Part shown: positions 27,139 to 37,401 of the stretch, one piece after another
Position numbering within the stretch: position 1 is the stretch's first letter
Layout of the letters: each line of letters opens with the position of its first letter
From: Candidatus Firestoneibacteriota bacterium
GTDB taxonomy: Bacteria; Oederibacteriota; D2-FULL-39-29; JBDRBU01
Assembly (NCBI GenBank): GCA_043822305.1
Contig: JBDRBU010000034.1
Span: 1-52,911 of the forward strand
DNA: 52,911 bases
Direction of reading: 5' to 3'
Translations under genes and position numbers: made by a program
The notes under the pieces: model-generated
Told to the model about the DNA's origin: nothing
The model's database searches: none
The model's input: only the letters and a program-made list of their open reading frames with translations

Positions 27139-29400
27139 ATGAAAAAAATTATAATATTAATATTGTTTTTGCTGACAATTGGGTTGAAACTTTATTTATA
27201 TAAACAAAATACTGATTTTAATGAAAAATCTGATTTTTGTTTATTCAGGGTAGAGTCGGCCATAAGGTATCATTATGCAAAATTAGTGGCCTATGGAGAA
27301 AATATTCCTAAGATAGATACCAATGCCCAGTATCCGGAAGGTTTAAAAGTCAAAGATAGAATAAAATTAACAACAGAATACATAACAGGAATATTGTATC
27401 AGTTTATACCCAACACAGTTCCTTTCCATGTTTTTTTAATTTACTTTATGTTTACTATCTCAAGTATAACAGTTTTTATTGTTTATTTAATATCGTTTAA
27501 ACTTTCAAAAAATTTTTATGGTTCTATTTTGTCCTGTTTGTTTTATATAACCGCATTTCCATCATACGCCAGGACAGTGGCTGGAGGATTTGTTGAAGAA
27601 GATTTTGCCTTGCCTTTTATATTTTTAAGTTTTTTGTTTTTTTTAAAGTCTCTTGAGCATAGCCAAAAATACCTGTATCCATTTTTATGTGGTTTGTTTT
27701 TATTCATTCCATTAACTTCATGGCATTTAACACAATTTTATTTTACTTTGTTTTTAATATTTATAATATTTCAATTTTTTAGAAAATTTGAAGAAAGAGA
27801 TAAAATTATATTACCGTTTTTATTTATTATTAGTTTTAACATATTAGGCGGAATTTTTGTCCCAACATTAAATTCGGAGAACTTCTTATTTTCATATAAT
27901 ATGCTAATCTCGTATTCGTTAATAATGATTTGGATTGTGGCTAAGCATATTAAGATGAACAAATGGATTTCGCTCGTTACATTTGTTGTTTTGATTATTT
28001 TTGTTCTAACATTGTTTTCATTTTTGACAAGTAGTCACAAAGCAGAATACAGTCATGTTTATTCTCTTGTTTTGTATAAAATTATATATTTTGGTAAAAA
28101 ACCCGACGACCCAAGTTCAATGCCATTTGATGCAAAAGTATTCTGGCAAGCAGGTTTTTTAAATCCCTCATTAAAAAATATTATAGTAAGTTTTGGTGGG
28201 ATTTTTATTATAGCCTTATTTGGAATTATTTTAACAATCTTTAAATTTGTAAAAAACAAAACAGAAACAACCGAAGAAGGATTATTATATTTTGTTTTAG
28301 TGTTTTTACCGCTTTATCTTTTATTTGAAAGATTGTATGTTTTTTTAATATTTTTTATGGCACCATATGTAAGTTTAATATTTAATTTAAAATTTCAATT
28401 ACCTGAAAAAACTAATAAAATAATATTAACTTGTATTTTATTCTCGGGAATAGTTTTTCAATCTTATTCAGGGTTTTCATATGATATAAAAATAAAAGAT
28501 GCAGATGTTCATAACGATGTAGTTAGATGGTTAAAAGAAAACACAAAAGAAGAGGATTCTGTCTTAGCCAATTTTGGTTTTTCAGCATCAATTTTCACAT
28601 ATAGTCAAAGACCAATTGTTCTTCATCCAATGTTTGAATCAAAAGATATCAGGGACAAGACAAAGGAATGTTATGAGGCGATATTTAATAAAGAAGAAGA
28701 TTTTTATAAACTTTGCAAGAAATATAAGATAAAAATATTTATATATGATTGGCATTATATTTTAGATAAATCAAAGAATTCCATAAGATATCAGATAAAT
28801 CAAAACAATCTTTTTAAAGAATCAGTTGCGTTTAATTTTCATTTTTATCCGGAAAGACTTAAACATTTTAGTTTATTATATCAGAATACATATTATAGGG
28901 TTTATAAAGTTAATGAAATAGATGAAAAACCTTATGTAGCCCAGGATCTTTCTTATAAGCCATTTTTTAATCCAAAAATATTTGTCCTGGAAGACAATTT
29001 GCCTTATTTAAATGATGAGTACACTCAAAAAGTTATGGAGAAAGTCTGGGATATCCCGAATGTTTTGAACATAGCAAATTTGCATAGGAAACAAAAAAGG
29101 AATGACTTAGCAGAGATTGAGTATAAAAAAATAATATCCATAGACCCGTATTTCCCAGAGGCGAGGGTATCACTGGCTGAATTTTATTTGTCAGTTGGTA
29201 GATACAAAGAAGCAATACAGGAATGCAAAATTGCGGTAGAATTAAATGAGCACTTTTTAGATGCGTATTATTTTTTAAGCCAAGGTTATTGTAAAAATGG
29301 AGAAATAAAAAAAGCAATAGAAGTTTTAAAAGATGCCTTAAAAATTGCACCAAACCATGAAGGAATAAAAAATACTTTATTGATGTTAGAGAAAGATTAA
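27139..29400 (+). CDS. DPY19/STT3-like GT-C glycosyltransferase with C-terminal TPRs
   Basis: FRVESAIRYHYAK, EEDFALPF, SWHLTQF, WLKENT...RPIVLHPMFESKDIRDKT resemble DPY19 blocks; about 12 TMs. Confidence 0.7.
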   Translation: MKKIIILILFLLTIGLKLYLYKQNTDFNEKSDFCLFRVESAIRYHYAKLVAYGENIPKIDTNAQYPEGLKVKDRIKLTTEYITGILYQFIPNTVPFHVFLIYFMFTISSITVFIVYLISFKLSKNFYGSILSCLFYITAFPSYARTVAGGFVEEDFALPFIFLSFLFFLKSLEHSQKYLYPFLCGLFLFIPLTSWHLTQFYFTLFLIFIIFQFFRKFEERDKIILPFLFIISFNILGGIFVPTLNSENFLFSYNMLISYSLIMIWIVAKHIKMNKWISLVTFVVLIIFVLTLFSFLTSSHKAEYSHVYSLVLYKIIYFGKKPDDPSSMPFDAKVFWQAGFLNPSLKNIIVSFGGIFIIALFGIILTIFKFVKNKTETTEEGLLYFVLVFLPLYLLFERLYVFLIFFMAPYVSLIFNLKFQLPEKTNKIILTCILFSGIVFQSYSGFSYDIKIKDADVHNDVVRWLKENTKEEDSVLANFGFSASIFTYSQRPIVLHPMFESKDIRDKTKECYEAIFNKEEDFYKLCKKYKIKIFIYDWHYILDKSKNSIRYQINQNNLFKESVAFNFHFYPERLKHFSLLYQNTYYRVYKVNEIDEKPYVAQDLSYKPFFNPKIFVLEDNLPYLNDEYTQKVMEKVWDIPNVLNIANLHRKQKRNDLAEIEYKKIISIDPYFPEARVSLAEFYLSVGRYKEAIQECKIAVELNEHFLDAYYFLSQGYCKNGEIKKAIEVLKDALKIAPNHEGIKNTLLMLEKD

Positions 29401-29407
29401 TGTTAAT

Positions 29408-29430
29408 GTAGTCGCAGGGTTTAGCCGGCG
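29408..29430 (+). repeat. GTAG-type REP
   Basis: GTAGTCGCAGGGTTTAGCCGGCG. Confidence 0.7.
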
Positions 29431-29446
29431 AAAGTGAAGAAAATAA

Positions 29447-31297
29447 TTGAAAAAGAATAAAGTATTTTATATAATGAATAATATGGAAATACAAAATGTT
29501 AAGGATATAATATCAAAAGAAATCTCAAGAGCTCTTGCCTTAAAAGAGATAAACAAAATTTATTTAAGTGATAGAATAGGAACTAATCCTGCTTTTAATA
29601 AAACTGCTAATTATGTTTATAATCGATTAAAAAAGATTGGATTAAAAGATGTAGAAAAAGTTTTTTATAAGGCAGATGGTAAGACTTTAATCTCTGACTG
29701 GAGACCTTCTCCTGCTTGGGATTGTAAAAAAGCTTCTCTTAAGATTTTAGAACCAAAAAGATTTGCAAGAACTTTAGTGAAGTTTCCTGATAATCTATTA
29801 TGTGTTGCCGCCAATAGTGGACCTACACCAAAAGAAGGGATTATGGGACGGGTTATGTTAGTCGAAAAAGTTTCTGATTTAAATAAAGCAAAGGGAAAGA
29901 TTATTTTTACACAATTAAAAATAAGCAATATTAGAAAAGAAATAGTTAAAAATAAAGTATCTGGAGTAATTTCAAGTTCTGTTTTTAACCAATCTAATTA
30001 TAAAAAAGGTATTTATAAAGATAATATAATATACTGGGAGAATGTATGGCACGCAAGACCAAACGAAGTTAATTTCTTTGCATTTAAGATTACTCCAAGG
30101 GATGGGGAATTTTTAAAAGAAATTTTAAAAAATGGCGAAAGATTAGTTGTGAAAGCATACATAAATGCAAAAAATTATAGTGGAAAAATTCCAACTGTTA
30201 GTGCCGTAATTCCTGGAAAGAATTTAAAAGAAGAAGTAGTAGTAGTTGGACATTTATATGAAATAGGAGCAAATGATAATGCTTCAGGCACAGGACTTAT
30301 GATAGAAATAGCCAGAACCTTAAATACTTTAATAAAAAATAAAATATTAGATAAACCAGAAAGAAGCATCAGATTTTTATTTGTTTTTGAATGTTTTGGA
30401 ACATTAGATTGGTTGATGAAAAATAAAAATAAAAAGTTTATGGCTGGATTAAATTTAGATATGATAGGAGAGAATCAGTCAATTTGTGGCAGTACGATTT
30501 TACTAAATGTATCATCTGAAGAAGTTCCTTCTTTTGTTAATGAACTGATTATCAGTTTATTTGAAGATATATCAAAAGAGTATCCTTTAATTCGTTGGAC
30601 TACTCATTCACCGTCAATCGATGATGGAACATTATTTTCGGACCCGGTGATAGGTGCAGGAACCCCATTTATATATCAACAGCCAGACCCTTATTATCAT
30701 AGTGAAGATGATTCTATGGATAAGATAGATCCAAATATTTTAAAGTTTATTGGTATTATTTCAGCAACATATTTATACTTTATCGCTAATTCTAAAGAAA
30801 ACGAAGCAAGATGGTTGATGACTATTATAAATAATTTCTGGAAAAAGAAAATAGCTAATGCTGTTAAAGAAGGACAGACTAAAGAGAAAATAGATTATCT
30901 ATTAAGAATTTTTAATGCAAATTTGAATTCTGCACTTAAACTTGTGAAAGAAAGCGGGGAAAGTAAAAAAAGTAAAGAAAGCAAAGAAGATTTGATACCA
31001 AAAAGAATTAAATTTGGATTACTTGCCTTTGATGGAATTTCTGATAAAGAAAAAGAGAAATTTTTAAGAATTGCTGGCACTATTTTCCCCTGGTCTGATT
31101 ATCTTTGTTCAATGTTATTCTGGATAGATGGGAAAAAAACTATTAAAGAAATAAATTGGTTGCTATCTAATCAATATGGAAAATCAGATTTAAAAAAGTT
31201 GATAAAAATTCTTAAGTTTATGAATGAACATCGTTATATAAAATTTGTAAATCAGGAGAAAAAAAATGTTGGGAAATATTCCGGTTCTAATAGTTGA
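29447..31297 (+). CDS. M28-family aminopeptidase-like (DUF4910-type) protein
   Basis: GHLYE.GANDNASG, FECFG, NLDMIG, YYHSEDD and a C-terminal DGKKT wHTH-like region. The true start may be ATG 29474 or 29483. Confidence 0.8.
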   Translation: MKKNKVFYIMNNMEIQNVKDIISKEISRALALKEINKIYLSDRIGTNPAFNKTANYVYNRLKKIGLKDVEKVFYKADGKTLISDWRPSPAWDCKKASLKILEPKRFARTLVKFPDNLLCVAANSGPTPKEGIMGRVMLVEKVSDLNKAKGKIIFTQLKISNIRKEIVKNKVSGVISSSVFNQSNYKKGIYKDNIIYWENVWHARPNEVNFFAFKITPRDGEFLKEILKNGERLVVKAYINAKNYSGKIPTVSAVIPGKNLKEEVVVVGHLYEIGANDNASGTGLMIEIARTLNTLIKNKILDKPERSIRFLFVFECFGTLDWLMKNKNKKFMAGLNLDMIGENQSICGSTILLNVSSEEVPSFVNELIISLFEDISKEYPLIRWTTHSPSIDDGTLFSDPVIGAGTPFIYQQPDPYYHSEDDSMDKIDPNILKFIGIISATYLYFIANSKENEARWLMTIINNFWKKKIANAVKEGQTKEKIDYLLRIFNANLNSALKLVKESGESKKSKESKEDLIPKRIKFGLLAFDGISDKEKEKFLRIAGTIFPWSDYLCSMLFWIDGKKTIKEINWLLSNQYGKSDLKKLIKILKFMNEHRYIKFVNQEKKNVGKYSGSNS

Positions 31298-32087
31298 AGG
31301 GGAAACAATACCAGAAGTCTGGGAAAAAGCAGTGGTTTTAACCTGGGAGAAAGGAATCTCAGTAAAAACAGAATATGACAAGCCAGAGGATTTGCCAAGC
31401 AAAGATGCTACAATGATTATGGTTGTAAAAAATCCTTTTTCTGAGCCAAGGATTCATCGGGCTTTTCCAGGCGGACTTGAAGATTTAGAAATTTACAGAC
31501 AAGAAGTGGTTGATGGAGTTCATGACCACTGGATTAAACCAGAAGAAGGAAAATGGTCATATACTTATCATGAGAGACTTTTTGATTATAAAATAGAAGG
31601 AAAACATATTAATCAAGTTAGTTATATAATAGATAAACTTTCTGAAAAACCATATTCAAGAAGGGCACAAGCAATTACATGGAATCCAAAGAAGGACATA
31701 CCTTCATCTGACCCGCCTTGTTTACAAATCTTTTGGGCTAGAATAATTGAGGAAAAAGGTGAGTGGACATTAAATGTTAACACATATTGGAGGTCTCGTG
31801 ATGCATATAAGGCAGCTTTTATGAATATATTTGCATTAACTGATTTGCAAAAATTTATTGCAGAAAAATTAAGTGAAAAAATGAATAAAAAAGTAAATGT
31901 AGGTAGGTATGTAGATCTAACTAATAGTTTTCATATATACGGATCATATTATAATGAATTTAAAAATTTTTTAGATACAGTTAAAAACAGGAAATACGAA
32001 GATAGAGTTTGGACTTCAGAATTTGCTGAGCCATTCTTTGAAATAGGGAGGCAGAAATTAAAAGATGAATCCTCGAGAAAGATTTGA
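31266..32087 (+). CDS. thyA: Thymidylate synthase (archaeal-type ThyA)
   Basis: YTYHERL, SRRAQ, DPPCLQ (catalytic Cys), RSRD, AFMN and SFHIY motifs. Confidence 0.82.
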   Translation: MLGNIPVLIVEGETIPEVWEKAVVLTWEKGISVKTEYDKPEDLPSKDATMIMVVKNPFSEPRIHRAFPGGLEDLEIYRQEVVDGVHDHWIKPEEGKWSYTYHERLFDYKIEGKHINQVSYIIDKLSEKPYSRRAQAITWNPKKDIPSSDPPCLQIFWARIIEEKGEWTLNVNTYWRSRDAYKAAFMNIFALTDLQKFIAEKLSEKMNKKVNVGRYVDLTNSFHIYGSYYNEFKNFLDTVKNRKYEDRVWTSEFAEPFFEIGRQKLKDESSRKI

Positions 32088-33168
32088 AAAAATAATAAAT
32101 CATAAGGAAGCAGATAGAGTGCCTGTAGATATAGGAGGATGGCTTTGTGGTCTTAGACCAGTTGCTTTAAAAAAATTAAAGGAGTGCCTTAACATAAATG
32201 GTGAAAATGATCATTGGTATAAAGATTTAGATATTAGAGTTTTAGAAAAATTTAACATAGATTTTAGAAGAATTACTGCAAAAGGGCGAAGAGATTTTAA
32301 ACCCAAAAAACTTCCTGATGGAACTTATTTTGATGAATGGGGGATAGGGAGAAAAGTAATAGCAGGAGATGAACAGATGGTGCATTTTCCTTTACAGAAT
32401 GCTACTATTGAGGACATTGATAGATATCAATGGCCTGACCCTTATGCAAATGGGAGAGTAGATGGTCTATTAGAGGAAGTTGAAAAATTATATTACGATA
32501 CAGACTATGTTATAGTAGCACAGGCAAATGTGTGCGGTGTGTTTGAACTTAGTTGCTGGTTATGTGGGTTTGAAAGAGTCTTAACAGATTTTGCTTTAAA
32601 CCCAGAGTTTATTCATAAACTTTATAACAAAATATTAGAATTACAGTTAAAATATGTGGAAAATTATTATGATGTTATTGGCAAATATATTCATATTGTT
32701 CAATTAGGAGATGATATTGGAACTCAAAATGGACCATTTTTTTCACCAGATTTTTATAGGGAATTTGTTAAGCCATATGAGGGTAAATATATTTCTGCTA
32801 TAAAGCAGTTTACAAAAGCAAAGATATTTATGCATACCTGTGGTTCTGTATATGATTTTATACCGGATTTAATAAATATAGGAATTGAGATACTTAATCC
32901 AATTCAGACTCGGGCAAAAAATATGGAACCGGAAAAGCTAAAAAAGGAATTTGGGGATAAACTAGTATTTCACGGTGCAATAGATGAGCAAGAAGTTCTT
33001 CCATTTGGTACTCCAGAAGATGTAAAAAAGGAGGTTAAATATAAAATAGAAACATTAGGTAAAAAAGGTGGATATATTTTAGCTCCTTCTCATAACATAC
33101 AGGATGATACTCCACCTGAAAATATTGTAGCAATGTTAGAGTTTGCATTAGAATGCGGTAAATATTAA
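32065..33168 (+). CDS. Uroporphyrinogen decarboxylase-family protein (MtaA/CmuA-like)
   Basis: DRVP, DEWG, GDDIGTQ, HTCG, LNPIQ and PSHNIQ...PENI motifs. Confidence 0.85.
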   Translation: MNPRERFEKIINHKEADRVPVDIGGWLCGLRPVALKKLKECLNINGENDHWYKDLDIRVLEKFNIDFRRITAKGRRDFKPKKLPDGTYFDEWGIGRKVIAGDEQMVHFPLQNATIEDIDRYQWPDPYANGRVDGLLEEVEKLYYDTDYVIVAQANVCGVFELSCWLCGFERVLTDFALNPEFIHKLYNKILELQLKYVENYYDVIGKYIHIVQLGDDIGTQNGPFFSPDFYREFVKPYEGKYISAIKQFTKAKIFMHTCGSVYDFIPDLINIGIEILNPIQTRAKNMEPEKLKKEFGDKLVFHGAIDEQEVLPFGTPEDVKKEVKYKIETLGKKGGYILAPSHNIQDDTPPENIVAMLEFALECGKY

Positions 33169-33178
33169 AGGGGGTAAT

Positions 33179-33484
33179 ATGTTTGATAAAATGAAACAAC
33201 TTTACGAGTTGCAAAAAAAAGCAAAAGAGATAAAGAAAGAATTGGAATTAATTGTAGTGAATGTAGAGGAAATGGGCGGCAAAATAAAAATTAGTATGAA
33301 CGGCGAGTTTAAGGTCAAATCATTAGAAATAGACCCATATTTTTTATCTCCTGATAAAAAGTTTGAACTTGAAAATGCATTAAAAAGGGCAATAGCAAAT
33401 GCAGTAGGACAAACTCAGGGACAATCAGCAGGTAAGATGAAAGAATTAACTAAAGGTTTGAATTTGAATATACCAGGATTGTAA
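33179..33484 (+). CDS. YbaB/EbfC nucleoid-associated protein
   Basis: 101 aa; GGKIKISMNG, IDP and the C-terminal TKGLNLNIPGL. Confidence 0.85.
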   Translation: MFDKMKQLYELQKKAKEIKKELELIVVNVEEMGGKIKISMNGEFKVKSLEIDPYFLSPDKKFELENALKRAIANAVGQTQGQSAGKMKELTKGLNLNIPGL

Positions 33485-33506
33485 ATTACGAAAGGAGAAA
33501 ACAAAT

Positions 33507-35843
33507 ATGAAAAAAAGCGTAGATAAATTTGGGTATTTTGATAATGATGGTAAAGAATATATTTTAAATAAAATAGATACTCCTCGTCCCTGGATACATT
33601 ATTTGTCGAATGATAAATACTGTGTTTTGTTTTCACAAACAGGTAATGGATTTAGTTTTTATAAGGCTGCTCATGCATTCAAGATAACTCATTTTTATTC
33701 TGAAACTTATACGCCAACACATCCAGAGACAGGAAGATTTGTTTATGTTAGAGATAATGATAATGGCCAGTATTGGTTTTTAAATCCACAGATAGGTGAT
33801 AGCCACAAAAAATTTAGTTGTCATTATGGTTTGGGGTATGTAAAGATTTTTAGCGAGAAAAATAAAATAGCAAGTGAGTTTAGAATATTTGTCCCGGTTG
33901 AAGATCCTTGTGAGATATGGACAATTAAGTTAAAGAATAAAGATTCAAAGGAAAGATCTATTGATGTTTTTCCGTATGTTCAGTGGTACCTTTCTAATTA
34001 TCCTTTCACATTTACGGATCCACAGGTATATAAGAGAACTTATTTTAATGAAAAATATAAATCTATTATTGCTTATAATTTTAATCCAGAGAATCTTATA
34101 AAATATGGTGCATTTATGGCCTCATCAGAAAAAGTAAAAAGATATGACTGTTCAAAACGAACATTCATGGGCACATATGGTGATATAAAAAATCCTTATG
34201 TATTAGTTAATAATGAAAATTGTCATAACAGTCATGCAGGAGTAGAACCAGATATTGGAGTATTACAACACAGGGTAATTTTAAAACCTGGTTCTGAAAA
34301 GGAAATAAATATTTTAGTAGGAGTTATTCATAGCGAGAAAGAAGTGCCAAAATATATACGAAAATATTTATCATCATCAAGTAAAGTAGAACAAGAGTTC
34401 AAAAAACTAAATAAATACTGGGAAACTATGATTGAAAAGATCAAAATAAATACACCTGATAAGGAATTTAATGATAGAATAAATATATGGACAAAATACC
34501 AACTTCATCAGATATTTAGATTTACGAGAGGACTTGATAGAGGTTATAGAGATGTCTTGCAAGATATAAGAGGATTTATACCGCTTGGCTATGAAAAAAC
34601 AAAAAATTTATTTTTGAAGACATTGGAATATCAATATAGAAATGGTGAAGCCGTAAGACAATGGTCTGAAATAGGAGGGCCGCATGATTTAAGGAATTAT
34701 AAAGACTCTCCTGTTTGGATTCCAGATGCTTTAATATCATATATAAAAGAAAGTGGAGATTTTAAGATATTAAAAAAGAAAATTAAATTTTTTGATGGGG
34801 GATGTGCTACTGTTTATGAACATGCATTAAGAGGGGTTAGAAATTTATTTAAAAATCGTGGTGCACATAAGATGTGTTATATGGGGCATGGTGACTGGAA
34901 TGATGCCCTAAATGAGATTGGTAGAAAAGGTAAAGGGGAAAGCGTCTGGTTAACAGTTGCACTTTGTTTTGCAGTTTTAAAGGTTAAAGAATTATCTGAG
35001 TTTTTAAAAGATAAAAAAGTTGTAGATGAAATGGATAGAATGTATAAAACATTAAAAAAAGATATAAATGAAAATGCATGGGATGGAAGATGGTATATAT
35101 ATGCATTTGATGATTATGGAAAGCCAGTTGGGTCTAAATCTAATGTTGAGGGTAAGATTCACTTAAATGTTCAAACCTGGGCCATATTTACAAAAGTAGC
35201 AGAAGGAGATAGACTTAAATCCTGTTTGGAAATAATAGATAAAGAAATGGATAATGATATTGGACCTGTTCTTCTAAAACCTTCTTATACTCATTATGAC
35301 CCTAAAATAGGTAGAATTTCTGGAATGTTACCTGGTTTTTGTGAGAATGGCCCTGTTTATTCTCATGGTGTGAGTTTTAAGTATAAAGCAGATGCTGTTG
35401 CCGGTAGATTTACACAGGCATATAAAACATTTAAAAAAATGTTACCATCAAATCCTAAAAATCCTCCAGGTCGTTCATCGCTTGAGCCATTTTCTACTAC
35501 AAATTTCTTTGTGGGTCCTGATGGAAAGGAAAAATTTGGATTAAGTATGTATAGCTGGTATACTGGTAGCATTGCGTGGTTTTTCTCAGTAACTATTGAG
35601 GATTTGCTTGGGATAAAACCAGACTTTGATGGTTTATTAATTGAACCGCATTTTCCTGATAACTGGAAATCGTATAAAGTAAAAAGATATTTTAGAGGAG
35701 CGTTTTATGATATAAATATAAAATTAAAAAAAGGAAAACAAGAAAATATTATAATCCTTGATGGTAAATTATGGGAATCTAATAAATTACCGATATTTAA
35801 TGATGGTAAAGTTCATTATGTGAAAGTTATTTGTGGAAAATGA
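33507..35843 (+). CDS. GH94 glycoside phosphorylase (cellobiose/chitobiose phosphorylase-like)
   Basis: TPRPW, GYRDVLQD, DWNDAL, ESVW, ENGPVYSH and WYTGS motifs. Confidence 0.85.
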   Translation: MKKSVDKFGYFDNDGKEYILNKIDTPRPWIHYLSNDKYCVLFSQTGNGFSFYKAAHAFKITHFYSETYTPTHPETGRFVYVRDNDNGQYWFLNPQIGDSHKKFSCHYGLGYVKIFSEKNKIASEFRIFVPVEDPCEIWTIKLKNKDSKERSIDVFPYVQWYLSNYPFTFTDPQVYKRTYFNEKYKSIIAYNFNPENLIKYGAFMASSEKVKRYDCSKRTFMGTYGDIKNPYVLVNNENCHNSHAGVEPDIGVLQHRVILKPGSEKEINILVGVIHSEKEVPKYIRKYLSSSSKVEQEFKKLNKYWETMIEKIKINTPDKEFNDRINIWTKYQLHQIFRFTRGLDRGYRDVLQDIRGFIPLGYEKTKNLFLKTLEYQYRNGEAVRQWSEIGGPHDLRNYKDSPVWIPDALISYIKESGDFKILKKKIKFFDGGCATVYEHALRGVRNLFKNRGAHKMCYMGHGDWNDALNEIGRKGKGESVWLTVALCFAVLKVKELSEFLKDKKVVDEMDRMYKTLKKDINENAWDGRWYIYAFDDYGKPVGSKSNVEGKIHLNVQTWAIFTKVAEGDRLKSCLEIIDKEMDNDIGPVLLKPSYTHYDPKIGRISGMLPGFCENGPVYSHGVSFKYKADAVAGRFTQAYKTFKKMLPSNPKNPPGRSSLEPFSTTNFFVGPDGKEKFGLSMYSWYTGSIAWFFSVTIEDLLGIKPDFDGLLIEPHFPDNWKSYKVKRYFRGAFYDINIKLKKGKQENIIILDGKLWESNKLPIFNDGKVHYVKVICGK

Positions 35844-36373
35844 GAAATATGCCAAATTTAAAAGGCAAAAAAATAATTATATTAGTGGCAGAACAATTTC
35901 AGGATTTAGAAGTTATGTATCCTTATTATAGAATGAAAGAAGAAGGTGCAGAGGTAATTGTGGCCGGGACAGGTAGTGCAGAACAGTATACTGGAAAATA
36001 CGGATATCCAGTGAAAGTGAATACAACAGCAGATAAGATAAATCCTTTAGATATAGATGCGATTATTGTTCCAGGTGGATGGGCACCCGACTATTTAAGA
36101 AGGTATGATTTTGTATGTAAACTAATTAGAGACGCTTTTAAATTAAATAAGGTTATTGCTGCCATCTGTCATGCCGGTTCAGTTTTAGTATCTGCAGGAA
36201 TATTAAAAGGTAAAACGGCCACAGCATTTAGGGCCGTAAAAGATGATATGGTTTATGCCGGTGCAAATTTTGTAGATAAGGAAGTTGTAGTGGATGGCAA
36301 TCTTATAACATCTCGAACGCCGGATGACCTTCCTGCTTTTTGTAGGGCCATAATAGAAAAATTACAAAAGTAA
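35840..36373 (+). CDS. PfpI/DJ-1 family protein
   Basis: FQDLE, PGGWAPD, AICHA and TSRTPDDL motifs. Confidence 0.9.
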   Translation: MRNMPNLKGKKIIILVAEQFQDLEVMYPYYRMKEEGAEVIVAGTGSAEQYTGKYGYPVKVNTTADKINPLDIDAIIVPGGWAPDYLRRYDFVCKLIRDAFKLNKVIAAICHAGSVLVSAGILKGKTATAFRAVKDDMVYAGANFVDKEVVVDGNLITSRTPDDLPAFCRAIIEKLQK

Positions 36374-36399
36374 TGTAAATTTGAGGAGGTTTGTATATC

Positions 36400-37080
36400 G
36401 TGAAAAAAATTGGAATTTTAGGCGGGTTAGGTCCGGAATCTACTATATCTTATTACGAATTTATTATTCACAGGTATTATGAAAAGTATGGCAATTATAA
36501 ATATCCTGAAATAATTATTTACAGTCTGTGTTTCAGTGAGTTTATTGATCAAGGGTATGAAATGGCTGACAAAGTAAAACAATCTATTGAGAGTTTACAT
36601 AAGGCAGGAGCTGATTTTGTAGTAGCCGCTTGCAATTCAGTTCATATTGTTTTTGATGAGATAGTAAATGAATTACCTATACCCTGGATTAGCATAATTG
36701 ATGTTACGGCAGAACAAATCAAAAAGAATCATATTAAAAAAATAGGTTTATTAGGAACCATATTTACTATGGGCAAGGGTTTTTATCGGGATGGGCTTCT
36801 TAAACATGGGATAGAATCTATTGTTCCTGATGTGGAGGACCAAAAGATAATAAATGAGATCATTTATACGGAATTGGTGAATAAGGAAGTAAATAATGAT
36901 TCAAAAGGTAAAGTTCAGAAAATTATAGAGAAACTTAATAAAAAAGGAGCACAGGGGATAGTATTGGCTTGTACAGAACTTCCATTTCTGATAACCCAAA
37001 AGGATAGTCTAATTAAAGTTTTTGATACTATGGCCATTCATGCTCAGAAAGCTTTAGATATGGCTACAGGTTCCGAATGA
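36400..37080 (+). CDS. Aspartate/amino acid racemase
   Basis: GILGGLGPEST, ACNSVH and ACTELP (two catalytic Cys). Confidence 0.88.
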   Translation: MKKIGILGGLGPESTISYYEFIIHRYYEKYGNYKYPEIIIYSLCFSEFIDQGYEMADKVKQSIESLHKAGADFVVAACNSVHIVFDEIVNELPIPWISIIDVTAEQIKKNHIKKIGLLGTIFTMGKGFYRDGLLKHGIESIVPDVEDQKIINEIIYTELVNKEVNNDSKGKVQKIIEKLNKKGAQGIVLACTELPFLITQKDSLIKVFDTMAIHAQKALDMATGSE

Positions 37081-37152
37081 AGTAACACAAAATATTTGTT
37101 GTGTTTTATACATTAATTTTGTATAATAGTAAGAAATAAGGAGGTGATTTCT

Positions 37153-37350
37153 ATGATGGATGAGATAATGCATATGCCAGGAAAGATATGGCATTATTTG
37201 AATTCCAATGGTGAGTCAACTATATACGGCATGAAAAAAGATTTGGGACTTCCTGATTCATTGATTTATATTGGTATTGGCTGGCTGGTTAAAGAGGACA
37301 AGATTAATATAAAAAGAGAAGGAGGAAGTATTAAAGTAAGTCTTAAATAA
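37153..37350 (+). CDS. Small winged-helix protein (DUF2582-like)
   Basis: GKIWHYL...IGWLVKEDKI signature. Confidence 0.75.
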   Translation: MMDEIMHMPGKIWHYLNSNGESTIYGMKKDLGLPDSLIYIGIGWLVKEDKINIKREGGSIKVSLK

Positions 37351-37354
37351 AGTT

Positions 37355-37380
37355 GTAGCGTCCCATTTTATATGGGACGC
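37355..37380 (+). repeat. GTAG-type REP (CGTCCCAT family)
   Basis: GTAG-CGTCCCAT-TTTAT-ATGGGACGC. Confidence 0.7.
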
Positions 37381-37401
37381 TGTAAATGAAAAAAATAAAT
37401 A

